From positions 1 through 61,630 of the forward strand of contig JANNVX010000054.1 in the NCBI GenBank assembly GCA_031414595.1: a DNA stretch of 61,630 bases. Reading direction: 5' to 3'. Position numbers and translations under genes: made by a program. Shown here in pieces: positions 9,506 to 20,400 of this stretch. Source of the stretch: Deinococcales bacterium (GTDB taxonomy: Bacteria; Deinococcota; Deinococci; Deinococcales; JAAFIG01). How positions within the stretch are numbered: the first letter of the stretch is position 1; each line of letters starts with the position of its first letter. Under the pieces are notes generated by a model. That model did no database searches and was not told the DNA's origin. It saw only the letters and a program-made list of their open reading frames with translations.

Positions 9506-10920
9506 ATCCGCGTTTGAGTCTCCCTTTGGATATTCCACGCCATGAGCTTTTAGCTCGAGCCTCTGAGGTGATTGCTGAGGCTTGGCAGAGTTTTGACCAA
9601 GCAAGGGCAGTTGAACCTGATGTCACCGATTCTTTACGTGACCTAGCGGCAACGGGCTTGGCGGACACGCCAATGCCAGCGCTTTTGGCACTCGAGCAGG
9701 CGCGGTTGTATTTGGATACCAGTTTGGCACAAGCGCGTCCGCGTTACTTTGCTTTTGTCGGCTCGAGTGGCTTAGAAGTCGGTGTTCTAGCCGATGCCTT
9801 GGCTTCGACCTTCGATGTCAACTTGGCAACCACCGCCCGAAGTGCCGATTTAATCGAGGCGCAGGCGCTGCGTTTTGCTGCCGAACTGATTGGCTATCCG
9901 TTTGCGGCGGGGGCGTTTACCAGTGGTGGGATGGTCTCAAATTTAACGGCTTTAACGGCGGCTCGAGAATTTGCACTGCCCAATTCGCGTTTCACGGGTT
10001 TGAATGGTCGCACAGCCGCTTTGTATTGTTCTTCAGAAGCCCATTATTCGGTACGTCGGGCCGCCGAAGTGCTGGGGATTGGGGCGAATTTTGTGCGTGG
10101 TATTACAATAGACCAGAATCACCGTATGGATGTTGATGCCCTTGAAGCTGCCATTCAATCAGATATTCAACAAGACATTACCCCAGTGGCAATTGTAGCA
10201 ACGGCTGGAACAACTTTAACCGGGGCAATTGATCCGATACAAGCCTTATCAGACATCGCTAAAAAATATGGTATCTGGCTGCATATAGACGGTGCATATG
10301 GTCTGCCGGGGGCGGCTGCGCCAAGTGCCAAACACCACTTTGCAGGTCTGGAGAACGCCGATTCAATCAGCATAGATGCCCACAAATGGTTGTACTTGCC
10401 CAAAGCCTGTAGCTTGGTGCTGGTCAAAGATAAACACGCCCTGTCTCGAGCCTTCTCGCACAACGAATCCTATATGCTCCATGACCAAGACCAACCGCTT
10501 AACCCAGTGGATAGCACCCTCGAGTACAGCCGTCCATTTAGGGCGCTTAAACTCTGGTTAGCCCTGCGGGTGCATGGTGCAAGTCAGTACCGAGCCGCGA
10601 TTGAACGCAACATCCAGCAAGCCCAACTCTGCGCTAGATTGGTGAAAAACGCCCCAGACCTCGAATTACTGCTCGAGCCACAATTATCCACTGTGCCGTA
10701 TCGTCATGTCCCAGCGCATTTACAAGGCAACGAACCAGCCTTAAACGCCCATAATCTCGAGTTGGTCAAAAAAATGCAGTTGGATGGTAGGGTCTACATC
10801 TCGAGTGCGGTGGTAGACGAAAAAACCTGTTTAAGACCATGTTTTGTTAATTTTAGAACCTCAGAAGATGATGTTCAAGTCCTGATTGATGTCACAAGGG
10901 AATTGGCGAATACGACATAA
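9502..10920 (+). CDS. PLP-dependent group II decarboxylase (aromatic amino acid/diaminobutyrate type)
   Basis: FTSGG..SN, AHYS, ATAGTT, HIDGAYG, DAHKW (PLP Lys); ATG 9502 after GAGGGAAG. Confidence 0.9.
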   Translation: MNPRLSLPLDIPRHELLARASEVIAEAWQSFDQARAVEPDVTDSLRDLAATGLADTPMPALLALEQARLYLDTSLAQARPRYFAFVGSSGLEVGVLADALASTFDVNLATTARSADLIEAQALRFAAELIGYPFAAGAFTSGGMVSNLTALTAAREFALPNSRFTGLNGRTAALYCSSEAHYSVRRAAEVLGIGANFVRGITIDQNHRMDVDALEAAIQSDIQQDITPVAIVATAGTTLTGAIDPIQALSDIAKKYGIWLHIDGAYGLPGAAAPSAKHHFAGLENADSISIDAHKWLYLPKACSLVLVKDKHALSRAFSHNESYMLHDQDQPLNPVDSTLEYSRPFRALKLWLALRVHGASQYRAAIERNIQQAQLCARLVKNAPDLELLLEPQLSTVPYRHVPAHLQGNEPALNAHNLELVKKMQLDGRVYISSAVVDEKTCLRPCFVNFRTSEDDVQVLIDVTRELANTT

Positions 10921-10966
10921 AAATCAACAGCTTTTTGGTAAAAATCCAAATTATGTCGTCCTACAG

Positions 10967-11029
10967 GCGACCATGCCCGAAGGTGCGCGTATATGGTCAA
11001 GAGGGCGAACACAGGGGTTCGCCCCTACG
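10967..11029 (-). repeat. Secondary hairpin element adjoining a GTAG REP
   Basis: 10967-11002 is the reverse complement of the TCTTGACC...CGGGCA.GGTCGC element; 11003-11029 is GGGCGAAC..GTTCGCCCCTACG. Confidence 0.7.
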
Positions 11030-11107
11030 AAAGAATAAACAATAAACCTTGCACTCGAGCTAGTAACTTTTTTGCCCTTCGCCTTTTGCCTCTCCAAAGG
11101 AGTCTCT

Positions 11108-12391
11108 ATGTCTGATTATCACCGTATCCGTGCGCTTTTCCCAGACCATCTTGGTTTGGCTCGGGGCAAGTATCTACCCGCTCACCTTGCCCACAAAGGA
11201 ACACGGCATTGTATTTCGTTGTTTGCGCTTGGTTTTGACCGCACCATGGTCCCTGCCCCCGGAGCAAAGTTACTCGAGGGGCTGCCAGATGTTGACTTGA
11301 GCATCACCATGTCCGAGGTACGCCCCGGTTGGGAAGCCAATACTGGTGTGGTGATTGGTGATTTATCATTCCGAGGTCAGCCACTTGAAATTGCACCGCG
11401 TACCGTCCTGAAAAAAGCCATTGCTGCATGGCAAGAACTGGGCTACAACCCAAAAGTCGGGATTGAACTCGAGGCGATGGTACTTGAACCTGACGGGGCT
11501 GGTGGCTGGCGCGAATGGACAACCCCAACTGCCTATGTCTACGGTACGGGTTTAGCGGTTGACCCTGTGGGTTTGTTTGATGAGATTATGGCAGTGGCAC
11601 GAGTTTGCCAGTTACCAATTGAAAGCATCAACTCCGAGTACGACACGCCCGCCTTTGAACTGACGCTCGAGTACACCGATGCCCTAAAAGCCGTAGATGA
11701 TGTGTTGTTGTTTAAGCTGATGGCAAGAGAAATCGCAGCCCGTAAAGGTTTACTTTTAACCTTTATTGGTAAGCCTTTTGCGGACCGTGGTGGTAATGGT
11801 TTCCATGTGAACTTATCACTCGAGGATAAAGACGGCAAGAACGCCATGTCGGATGTCAGCAGTCAAGATGGTTTATCTGACTTAGCCAAATCCTGTATCG
11901 CAGGGCTAATTCATCATCACGAAGGTATGGCAGCCATCTGCGCCCCTACGGTCAATGCCTATAAACGCCTCCGACCCGCGCAATTGGCTGGCTACTGGGC
12001 AAATTGGGGCTATGACCACCGAGGCGCAACCGTGCGAATTCCAGCCGAACGAGGCAGTGCCACCCGCATCGAACACCGCATGTCCGACGGCGCAACCAAT
12101 CCATACCTCGCCACAGCCGTTGTGCTTCATGCCGCTCGCCTTGGACTGACCAACAATCTCGAGTTACCCGCGCCCGAAGAACAAGACTGTTTAGAGCATC
12201 AAAGCACCACCCGCCATGTTCCCAACGACTTAAGCCTTGCGCTTGATGCCTTCCTAGCCGACTCGAGCCTGCGGGCTGCCCTAGGCGAAGAAGTTGTCCT
12301 GCAATTTGAAGCCGTCAAACGAGCCGAATGGGATAAATTTACAGCAGCCGTGACCGACTGGGAAAAAAATTATTACCTCCCATTTCTCTAA
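11108..12391 (+). CDS. Glutamine synthetase-like gamma-glutamyl ligase (PuuA-like)
   Basis: GIELE, KPF...GNGFH, NAYKRL, WGYDHR...VRIP, RIEHR; RBS AAGGAG. Confidence 0.88.
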   Translation: MSDYHRIRALFPDHLGLARGKYLPAHLAHKGTRHCISLFALGFDRTMVPAPGAKLLEGLPDVDLSITMSEVRPGWEANTGVVIGDLSFRGQPLEIAPRTVLKKAIAAWQELGYNPKVGIELEAMVLEPDGAGGWREWTTPTAYVYGTGLAVDPVGLFDEIMAVARVCQLPIESINSEYDTPAFELTLEYTDALKAVDDVLLFKLMAREIAARKGLLLTFIGKPFADRGGNGFHVNLSLEDKDGKNAMSDVSSQDGLSDLAKSCIAGLIHHHEGMAAICAPTVNAYKRLRPAQLAGYWANWGYDHRGATVRIPAERGSATRIEHRMSDGATNPYLATAVVLHAARLGLTNNLELPAPEEQDCLEHQSTTRHVPNDLSLALDAFLADSSLRAALGEEVVLQFEAVKRAEWDKFTAAVTDWEKNYYLPFL

Positions 12392-12397
12392 AAAAAA

Positions 12398-12503
12398 GCC
12401 CCTTCAACGAAGGGGCTGCCTAGCGAAGCGCGGCTGGGGATTTCGCCACAATACGTGCTGTGCGAACTCCCCCCGCCTTCGGCGACCCCCTCTTTGAGAG
12501 GGT
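12398..12503. repeat. GC-rich multi-hairpin intergenic element
   Basis: GCCCCTTC-AAC-GAAGGGGC, CGCCTTCGGCG and CCCTC-TTT-GAGAGGG hairpins. Confidence 0.5.
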
Positions 12504-12521
12504 TTAGGTCAAAGGAGCAAA

Positions 12522-13769
12522 ATGAACATTTCTTCTGACCCCCATGCCGACATTCTCTCGCATGACACCTACACCCAAGGTGTGCCTCATGCGGCTTTCA
12601 AACGCCTTCGTGACTCGAGTGGTTTGACTTGGATTCCAGAAGCGGATGGAACTGGTTTCTGGGCAGTTACACGCTACGATGATGTACTCACCGTCTCTAA
12701 AAACCCGCAAGTTTTCTCGAGCGCCAAAGGGATTCGGCTCGAGGACATGAACGTTGAGGAAACCGAGGCGCGACGCACGATGATGGAACTTGACCCGCCG
12801 CAGCACACAGCGTATCGGCGCTTGGTGGGTGCGCCGTTCTCGAGGCGAGAGGTACTGGCATACGAGGGTGCAGTGCGACTTTTAGCGCGTGAAGTGATTG
12901 AGGCTGTGGCTGATAAATCCGAGTTTGATTTCGTAGAGGCGATTGCTCGAGCGCTGCCAATGCGGATGCTTGGGTCATTGCTTGGGGTTTCGGATGCCGA
13001 TGGTCATTGGTTGGTCGAAAAAGGTGATGCCTTAATTGGCAATGCTGACCCAGAATTCACACAGCATGTGGTGGACTTAGTGGATACCGACGAGTACCGT
13101 TTAATGCCGTTTCGCAGTCCGGCTGGTCTCGAATTATTCAAATACGCTGGCGAACAAGCCCTTGACCGCCGTAAAACCCCAAAAGCTGATTTGATTACGC
13201 GACTGCTCGAGCCTAAAATTGATGGTGAACCACTGTCAGACCATGAATTTAAGAACTTCTTCACGCTGCTGGTGGCGGCAGGCAATGACACCACCCGTTA
13301 CACCATGGCGGCTGGTCTCGAGGCACTGATTCAAAATCCAGCGCAACTAGAGGATTTACGCACCAATCCAGACTTGATGGATGGTGCGGTTGAAGAAATT
13401 CTGCGTTGGGGCAGTGTGACCATGCACTTTCGGCGCACCGCCCTGTCGGATACTGAAGTGGCTGGCACACCGATTAAAGCTGGCGATAAAATTGTCTTGT
13501 TTTATATTAGCGCTGATTATGATGAGCGCCAATTTGCCAATCCCTACACTTTTGATATTCGTCGCACCCCAAACGACCATGTGGCTTTTGGGCTAAAAAG
13601 CCCGCATAAATGCCTTGGTGAGCATCTGGCGCGGCTCGAGATTAAAGTGCTTTTTGAGGAACTTCTGCCTCGAGTCTCGAGCCTAGAATTGAATGGAGAA
13701 GTGCAGCGCTTGCGGTCTAACTTTATTTCTGGGATAAAGCATTTACCAGTGAAAGTTACTTGGCGCTAA
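12522..13769 (+). CDS. Cytochrome P450
   Basis: AAGNDTT I-helix, EEILRW, heme motif FGLKSPHKCLG. Confidence 0.95.
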   Translation: MNISSDPHADILSHDTYTQGVPHAAFKRLRDSSGLTWIPEADGTGFWAVTRYDDVLTVSKNPQVFSSAKGIRLEDMNVEETEARRTMMELDPPQHTAYRRLVGAPFSRREVLAYEGAVRLLAREVIEAVADKSEFDFVEAIARALPMRMLGSLLGVSDADGHWLVEKGDALIGNADPEFTQHVVDLVDTDEYRLMPFRSPAGLELFKYAGEQALDRRKTPKADLITRLLEPKIDGEPLSDHEFKNFFTLLVAAGNDTTRYTMAAGLEALIQNPAQLEDLRTNPDLMDGAVEEILRWGSVTMHFRRTALSDTEVAGTPIKAGDKIVLFYISADYDERQFANPYTFDIRRTPNDHVAFGLKSPHKCLGEHLARLEIKVLFEELLPRVSSLELNGEVQRLRSNFISGIKHLPVKVTWR

Positions 13770-15288
13770 TTTCCCATGTGTTGATGTACTCGTCGCCTCG
13801 GGCTTTGTAATTGTACTGGCTCGAGACGGCGTGAATGACATTTTCATAGTGTAGTGGAATCCAGAAAATATCGTTTTGCAGGATTTGCCGCATGGCTTTA
13901 CTGACCAATTTGTTGCGCTCGAGTGGATTAAAATTCGTGGCCGCCGCCAAAATAAGTTTGTCTACTTCTTTGTTGCAGTAGCCAGCGCGGTTGAGTGCGC
14001 CGTACCCCTCGCTTGGGTTTTTGCACATTGCTTGGGCAACCAGCGTATTGACCAAATCGCTGCTTGACCAGCCACTGATATAAGCACTAAATTCGCCCCT
14101 ATCGAGTTGAGGAAACAACACCGTGCGGCTGATGGCGTTGACTTTGGTTTGAATGCCAATTTTCTCGAGCATTCCGCCAACCGCTTGGGCAATTAAAGCA
14201 TCGTTTTGGTAACGGTCATTGGTGGCATCCAAACGCAGTGTAAAGCCTTTTGCGTAGCCAGCTTCGGACATTAGGGTTTTGGCTTTCTCGAGGTTATAAA
14301 CTGGGTTCTTAATACCACGGTCAAAGCCCGGTACGCTTGGTGCGACAAATTGGGTGGCGGGTGTGGCGTATCCGCCCATGATGCTCTTGACAATTAAGTT
14401 CTTATCCACGGCTCGAGCCACTGCTTCGCGCACTTTAATGTCACTGAACGGATTACCGCTCACACCTGTTACGGCGGGGGTATTTTGGGGGCTACGAACA
14501 TCGGTGACTAAATAAATCACACGGTTGCTCGAGGCTTGCATCACTTTGTAATCGTTGTTAGAGGATATTCGCAACACATCTTGCGGTGCAATTTTTTCGA
14601 TTAACTGCACTTGATTTGACACCAACGCCGCTACTCGAGCCGCAGGATTAGGAATGTTTTGCAGCTTAACCCGTTTTAAGGCTGGTGCGCCCCCCCAGTA
14701 AGTATTGTTTGCCTCGAGCAGCAGATTATCGCCAGCTAACCAAGACACAAATTTATATGCCCCAGAGCCAATCGGTTTTTCTGCCCAAGTTGGGGTGCTT
14801 TCGATTTGTTTTTTGCTGACCACCAAAATCCCGACCATTTTATTGGGCAGTAGCGGGTCTGGGCGCTCGGTTGTGACTTCTAAGGTGTAATCGCCAATGG
14901 CTTTCATGCTCTTAATACTCGAAACCGTACCCTTAAAGGTGCTTTTGGGGTCGGTCTGGGCGCGGTTGATACTAAAAATTAAATCAAGCGCCGTGACACT
15001 CGAGCCATCATGAAAAGTGGCATTGCGGCGCAAAATAAACGTCCATTTGTTTGTTCCCTGATTTGTCCAGAGTTGGGCAATGCCGGGCTGGATTCGTCCA
15101 TTGGAATCGGTTTTGGTAATCGAATCAAAAATATGTTGCTGCCAGTTAATTGTGGTTGTCTCGAGCCGCAAAATTGGGTCAAGGGTTGTAGCTGCGCCTT
15201 GATAACCCACGGTAAAAAGTGGGCTTTGGGCTTGGGCAGCCACAATGCCAATCATCAGGATAGTCATGCCAAAAAGTCGTCGTTTCAC
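13756..15288 (-). CDS. ABC transporter substrate-binding protein, family 5 (peptide/nickel-like), orphan
   Basis: Signal peptide, LDP, LRRNATFHDG, PIGSGAYK, IPL.Y; no permease or ATPase nearby. Confidence 0.9.
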   Translation of the reverse strand: MKRRLFGMTILMIGIVAAQAQSPLFTVGYQGAATTLDPILRLETTTINWQQHIFDSITKTDSNGRIQPGIAQLWTNQGTNKWTFILRRNATFHDGSSVTALDLIFSINRAQTDPKSTFKGTVSSIKSMKAIGDYTLEVTTERPDPLLPNKMVGILVVSKKQIESTPTWAEKPIGSGAYKFVSWLAGDNLLLEANNTYWGGAPALKRVKLQNIPNPAARVAALVSNQVQLIEKIAPQDVLRISSNNDYKVMQASSNRVIYLVTDVRSPQNTPAVTGVSGNPFSDIKVREAVARAVDKNLIVKSIMGGYATPATQFVAPSVPGFDRGIKNPVYNLEKAKTLMSEAGYAKGFTLRLDATNDRYQNDALIAQAVGGMLEKIGIQTKVNAISRTVLFPQLDRGEFSAYISGWSSSDLVNTLVAQAMCKNPSEGYGALNRAGYCNKEVDKLILAAATNFNPLERNKLVSKAMRQILQNDIFWIPLHYENVIHAVSSQYNYKARGDEYINTWEISAK

Positions 15289-15363
15289 AAAGGCGAAGTA
15301 TGCGCTAATTCACAATTGAATTCAAGGGTAGAAACGAATTTGCACTTTGTTCAAAGTATTTTC

Positions 15364-15392
15364 TTGACACAAAAACAACTTACGACTACACT
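15364..15392 (+). promoter_or_regulatory. Sigma70-type promoter
   Basis: TTGACA, 17 bp, TACACT upstream of the WD40 lipoprotein. Confidence 0.55.
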
Positions 15393-15430
15393 AACCATGC
15401 TTTATCTGTGCCATGGGAGGCACTTTACTG

Positions 15431-17410
15431 ATGTCTACAATCCGTATTCAGACCGCTTTACTGGCGGCAATGGTTTTATGTTTTCTTCTGGCAGCTTGTC
15501 AACAAACAGTCCCTCGAGACACCCCTGTAATTCCTTTGCCAAATGCAGAACTACAATGGAAAACGCAAAACCAAAATTCTGGATATATTCAAGCCGAAAG
15601 TATTGACTGGCAAAACAATCAAAGTGTTTACCTTGGTGGAACAGGCTTAGCTAGGCTTTGGACACCACAAGTAGGCACTCAACACGACTATATTTCAACC
15701 GAAACTTCTTCGGGTTCTTCATACACAAACTATGCCGCCCGTTGGAATCCCAACAAAGACCGCTTGCTCTCGAGTTACTTTATTTGGCAAGCCGATGCAG
15801 CCGCCAACGCAAACATAGATACCAAACCAAGTGGTGCAATTGAATTAGACACAGGCTATGTGAATCCCTCGAAGTACCCAATGGCTTGGAATCCAGATGG
15901 TACAGAAGTGCTGGTAGGAATAGACTGTTACCGTTCCCCAAATGATGACCCACTAAGCATTTACAGCGCCAGCACAGGACAAAGACTCCGTACCTTAGTC
16001 CAAAGAACTTCTTATTGGGATTGGTACTGCAATGGACAAGCCAATTGGATCAGCCCAACCCGAATTATTTTTGGAAATTATTTAATTGATGCAGCCACAG
16101 GTGGAAGACTAGACGAAGTTCAAGCCCTACCAAACAGACAATTGCGTTATGCCGATAATGAAGTCAGCCAAAATGGTTTATATGTTGCACATATTTCATC
16201 GGACACAGACGGAAAAGTCTATCTTGAATGGCGGGACACGCAAAATTTTGTCTTAATTGGAGATGTGGAAATCCCTTATCAGACCCGCAAAATACGATGG
16301 CTATCAAATAACACGTATCTAATGTTAGCGACAGAAGAAGGAGAATTTCAAGTCATAGATACTGTAAGCAAAGCTGTACTTGTCAAAACCCGTTTACACC
16401 CCAGTTCTTTTTACAATTTTGATTTTAGCCCAGACCTCAAAACCCTGATTAGCATTTGGAATAACGGAGCATATGCTTGGGATACCACCGACTTTGAACA
16501 CCCCGAAACTTGGGAAGTGATTAACCAAATTGGCAGTAAAGAACAACCAAAACACACCGCCAATGTTTACAGCCTTGCTTTGCAGAATAATAAAACCCTA
16601 TTCACCACAGGGCGTGACGGCAACATCATGCAGTTCAATACTAAATTTGGTTCAGTCCGAAACCAAAGCAAAATCTCGAGCCAAGCCGTCTATGCCCTCA
16701 ATTACTCGAGCGACGGCACAAGCTATGCCACGACAGGCGAAGACAGCACGATTCACCTCTGGAACGCCAGCACCCAAGAAGAAACAGGTACGTTAAACGG
16801 GCATACGTACACAATTCGGGCTTTGGCTTGGAAACCCAACAGTACCACCCTTGCTAGTGCAGGTTGGGACAACACCCTACGAATTTGGAACACCACCACC
16901 CAGACACTCGAGACCACCCAAACCGACCATACTGATTATGTCAATGTGGTGCAGTACAACCCAAGCGGTACAGCCCTTGCCAGTGCCAGTTCGGATGGCA
17001 CAATTAACTTACGAAACCCAGACACAGGACAAACACTGCACACCTTGCAACCCGCCGACTCAAGCAGCCCAGTCTTTACCATCGCTTACAACCCAAATGG
17101 CTCACAACTTGCCAGTGGCAGCGAAGACCACCGTGTACGAATCTGGAACACTGCCACTCAAACCCTCGAGACCATCCTCAAAGGGCATCTAGGGGCAATC
17201 AGAAGTTCGGTTTGGTTAAACAGCACCACACTGTCAACAGGTGGAATGGATGGCAGAATTATTATTTGGGATGTACCAAACCAAAAAATGCTGCTCGAGA
17301 TTAAACCAGAATTAGGGGCTGTGTTTAGCCTGACAGCCTCGAGTGATGGCAAAACGCTTTACGCCGGTTTTGACTCTGGCAATGTGGCTGCTTGGAAGGT
17401 GAGCTTATGA
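15431..17410 (+). CDS. WD40-repeat lipoprotein (two beta-propellers)
   Basis: Lipobox LAAC; repeats such as GHTYTIRALAW...LASAGWDNTLRIWN; RBS GGGAGG. Confidence 0.88.
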   Translation: MSTIRIQTALLAAMVLCFLLAACQQTVPRDTPVIPLPNAELQWKTQNQNSGYIQAESIDWQNNQSVYLGGTGLARLWTPQVGTQHDYISTETSSGSSYTNYAARWNPNKDRLLSSYFIWQADAAANANIDTKPSGAIELDTGYVNPSKYPMAWNPDGTEVLVGIDCYRSPNDDPLSIYSASTGQRLRTLVQRTSYWDWYCNGQANWISPTRIIFGNYLIDAATGGRLDEVQALPNRQLRYADNEVSQNGLYVAHISSDTDGKVYLEWRDTQNFVLIGDVEIPYQTRKIRWLSNNTYLMLATEEGEFQVIDTVSKAVLVKTRLHPSSFYNFDFSPDLKTLISIWNNGAYAWDTTDFEHPETWEVINQIGSKEQPKHTANVYSLALQNNKTLFTTGRDGNIMQFNTKFGSVRNQSKISSQAVYALNYSSDGTSYATTGEDSTIHLWNASTQEETGTLNGHTYTIRALAWKPNSTTLASAGWDNTLRIWNTTTQTLETTQTDHTDYVNVVQYNPSGTALASASSDGTINLRNPDTGQTLHTLQPADSSSPVFTIAYNPNGSQLASGSEDHRVRIWNTATQTLETILKGHLGAIRSSVWLNSTTLSTGGMDGRIIIWDVPNQKMLLEIKPELGAVFSLTASSDGKTLYAGFDSGNVAAWKVSL

Positions 17411-20400
17411 AACGACTTATTTGGCTAATGCTGATTTTAATGGCTTGTGTACAACCACCCGCCCCACCTACCACTCGAGTCTTCAAGACCTTGGGCAGTC
17501 TCGAAGTCAGTTTGGACATCAATGGCGAAGCCAAAGCCAAACTGATTAAAAGTGTTCTGCGACCCCAAAACAGTACCCCATTACCCGATAATGCTTTTGT
17601 TTTTACCCGCAAATACTCGAGTAGCTTTGACATTGATGCCAGCAATGAGCGCTACATCAGTGCAACTTTTGAAGTCAAAAATAATTCTGGGACTGCCATT
17701 CAAAACCTCAGTTTGGTGGCATACAACCAAGGTGGTAACAGCCTTGGCGGGACGGCAATTAAAAATCTGGTCAACTTTGGTGGCGCAGCCATCACAGACT
17801 CGAGCATCGCCCAAAGCATTTACCCACTCCAAGGTGTAAAACGCAACGGAGCAGAAGTGGTTGTAGACCCTGACAGCGCCGATTTTCAGGGTTTTAGCCC
17901 TGAAGAAAGTAGCTCCATTGGCAGCAGCGCCCGAAGCAACCAGATTATAAACAACCAAGACACAGCACTTGAGTATGGTTTTGTCGCTCGTAACAGCAAT
18001 AATTCCAGAACCATCGGTGACGGCGAGACTGGCTTAGTGACCCTAACTTTGCGCTTTGAACGCCCGAGTAACCCCCAAACCACGCCATACCGCTTTGTGA
18101 TGACCTTTGTGTTGTCCGACGACAGCCTAGCGCGGGTGACTCGAGGGATTAACGAAACCACCACCGAAGCCGAGACTCGAGCCTACACTACTGGGGCAAC
18201 CGAACTGATGCTGATTGGACCTGATGCTGACACCAGCAGCAACACCAATATCCAGACCAACCGACTCGAGAATGCCCGTATTGGACTCGAGCCGAGTTAT
18301 TTGGTCAAACCCAGTTTATTCATGCGCGATCTTCAACCCAGCAGTATCAAAAACGATTCGGATAACACCGTCCTGATACGCGGTACAAAATTTGATGCCA
18401 GCACCAGTTTTTTTATTCAAAGCACTAAACTCGATATTCTAAGTTTGACACCAAACCAAGCCCAAGTGGTGATTCCCAAAGGCTTTATCCCCAGCAAGTA
18501 CGGAATTATGGCAGCCAACAACACTGGCAAACACGCTACGTTATATCCAGCCATCACAATCAAAGCAGGCACACCCGCCAGAGACCTTGACATCCGTGAG
18601 AATTACCAGAGTTTCATAGATGGCTACGTCTTTGACTACCAAAGCAAAGCCCTAATCAAAAATGCCAAAATCAGTATTCCTGGTCTCGAGACTACCAGCA
18701 GCGAGACGGGTTATTTCTTACTGCGAGGCGTACCCGCCGGGCGGCAAGTGGTTAAAATCCAAAAGCAAGATTACGGGTACAACCCCGAGACTGGGCAATA
18801 CGGACAGGTAGACACCCACGAACCACTGTATAGAATTGCCAATGTTCCCAACAATCCCAACAGCACCATTACCTTAAAACTGGTGATGCTCGAGCCTAAA
18901 GTCAACAACAGCACAATCATTGGATCATCAGGTGGGATTCATTACGCCAGTAGCAACCACAGCACAGGGGCATTTATTAAAATCCCAGCCGGCGCACTGA
19001 GCAAAGACACGCCAATTCAATTTACGCACTTACGCGACGGCACAACCCTACCCGAATTAAACGACAACGGAAATTACCTCGCCTTCGCCCATCTAGGACC
19101 AACAGGTTTGGTCTTTAAGAAACCCGCGACCCTATTTTTACCTTTGCAAAATGGGATTGTCTTAAATGTTAATGAAACTATCAACATTGGTTACTTTGAC
19201 AGCATCCGAGGCGAATGGATAGATGACATCACCAGTGGCAAAATCAGTAAAATCAACGGACAGCTGTATCTCGAGTACGAAATCAACCACTTTACTTGGA
19301 TAGGTGGATTTAACCCATTGCCATCTGTACCATTTACGGGTTCAACAGGCGGATGCAACATGTCACCGCCGCCACCACCAATTAACTATGATCCAAAAAA
19401 CCCACCAGAAGTACCCACATGCGATAAAAAACCTGAAAGTGATGACCGAAAACCAGGTTGTTCACCCAGAGCAGGAATTCCGACTGACCAAGGAATCTCT
19501 GATGAAGATGGTAATGTCACAGGTTCAAAACCAGGCTCTCGAGCCACCCAAACGATTACGATTAACCCACTTGGTTACGGCGATAATGTCATCCCAGCCA
19601 GAAGTGACCCCATCGAACCAGACAACTCAACGCCGCAACGCTTACCGTGTGCCAGAATTCCAAGTCCAAACGAACCGTACAAAGCAGCCCCCAAACCAGT
19701 AGGCGATAACCCTTGTGGCACACCAGCCGTCAGACCATTCTCGAGCAACCCAAGCCCAAGCACCCAAGGCGCAAGACCCCAAGCCACCACAGGCAACCTG
19801 CTTCTGGTCTCGAGTAACTTGCACGGCTTCACCACCAGCCTAGGAAACTTTAGTGGCGCAAAAATAGACCCAAGCAGCCTAAAGTTAAAAATGGGTAGCT
19901 TGGATGTGACCAGTGTGACTGAAATTAAGCCTTCCTCGAGTATTTATGATGGCTTTGATTTCACGGTTACGCTTAAAGAACCACTGAAAGCCCAAGTGGG
20001 TCTCGAGGTCAGGCTCGAGGGCAAGACGCTGGATGGCAAGGTTGTAGATTCTCGGGTTGGTGTGGATGTGGTGGCTGGGTTCACTTCACCACCACTAATG
20101 ATTTATACCGCTCCCGATTCGGCATTTGAGGAAAATGAAACTACTCCTGTTATCGTTGCATCAACATTATCTACACAAGTTCTGTATCGTCGTAGTGATT
20201 TAGAAAATAGCCAATTCTTAGATGTTCCAGTATTTGCGATACCAACTGACGAAACACAAGAAATAATGACAGGATTAACGATGGAAAGACCAATTAGTCT
20301 TAATTTTGAGTTTAATGATTTCTCTGTAACCTCAAACCAGTCTCGAATTATTCAAGGAGTTTATCGTTCCACAGTTAGAGTTCCAACCAGCCAAATCAAT

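Noticed and set aside
11108-12391. Housekeeping glnA
   Set aside because: Divergent motifs (WGYDHR) and catabolic context favour a gamma-glutamyl-amine ligase.
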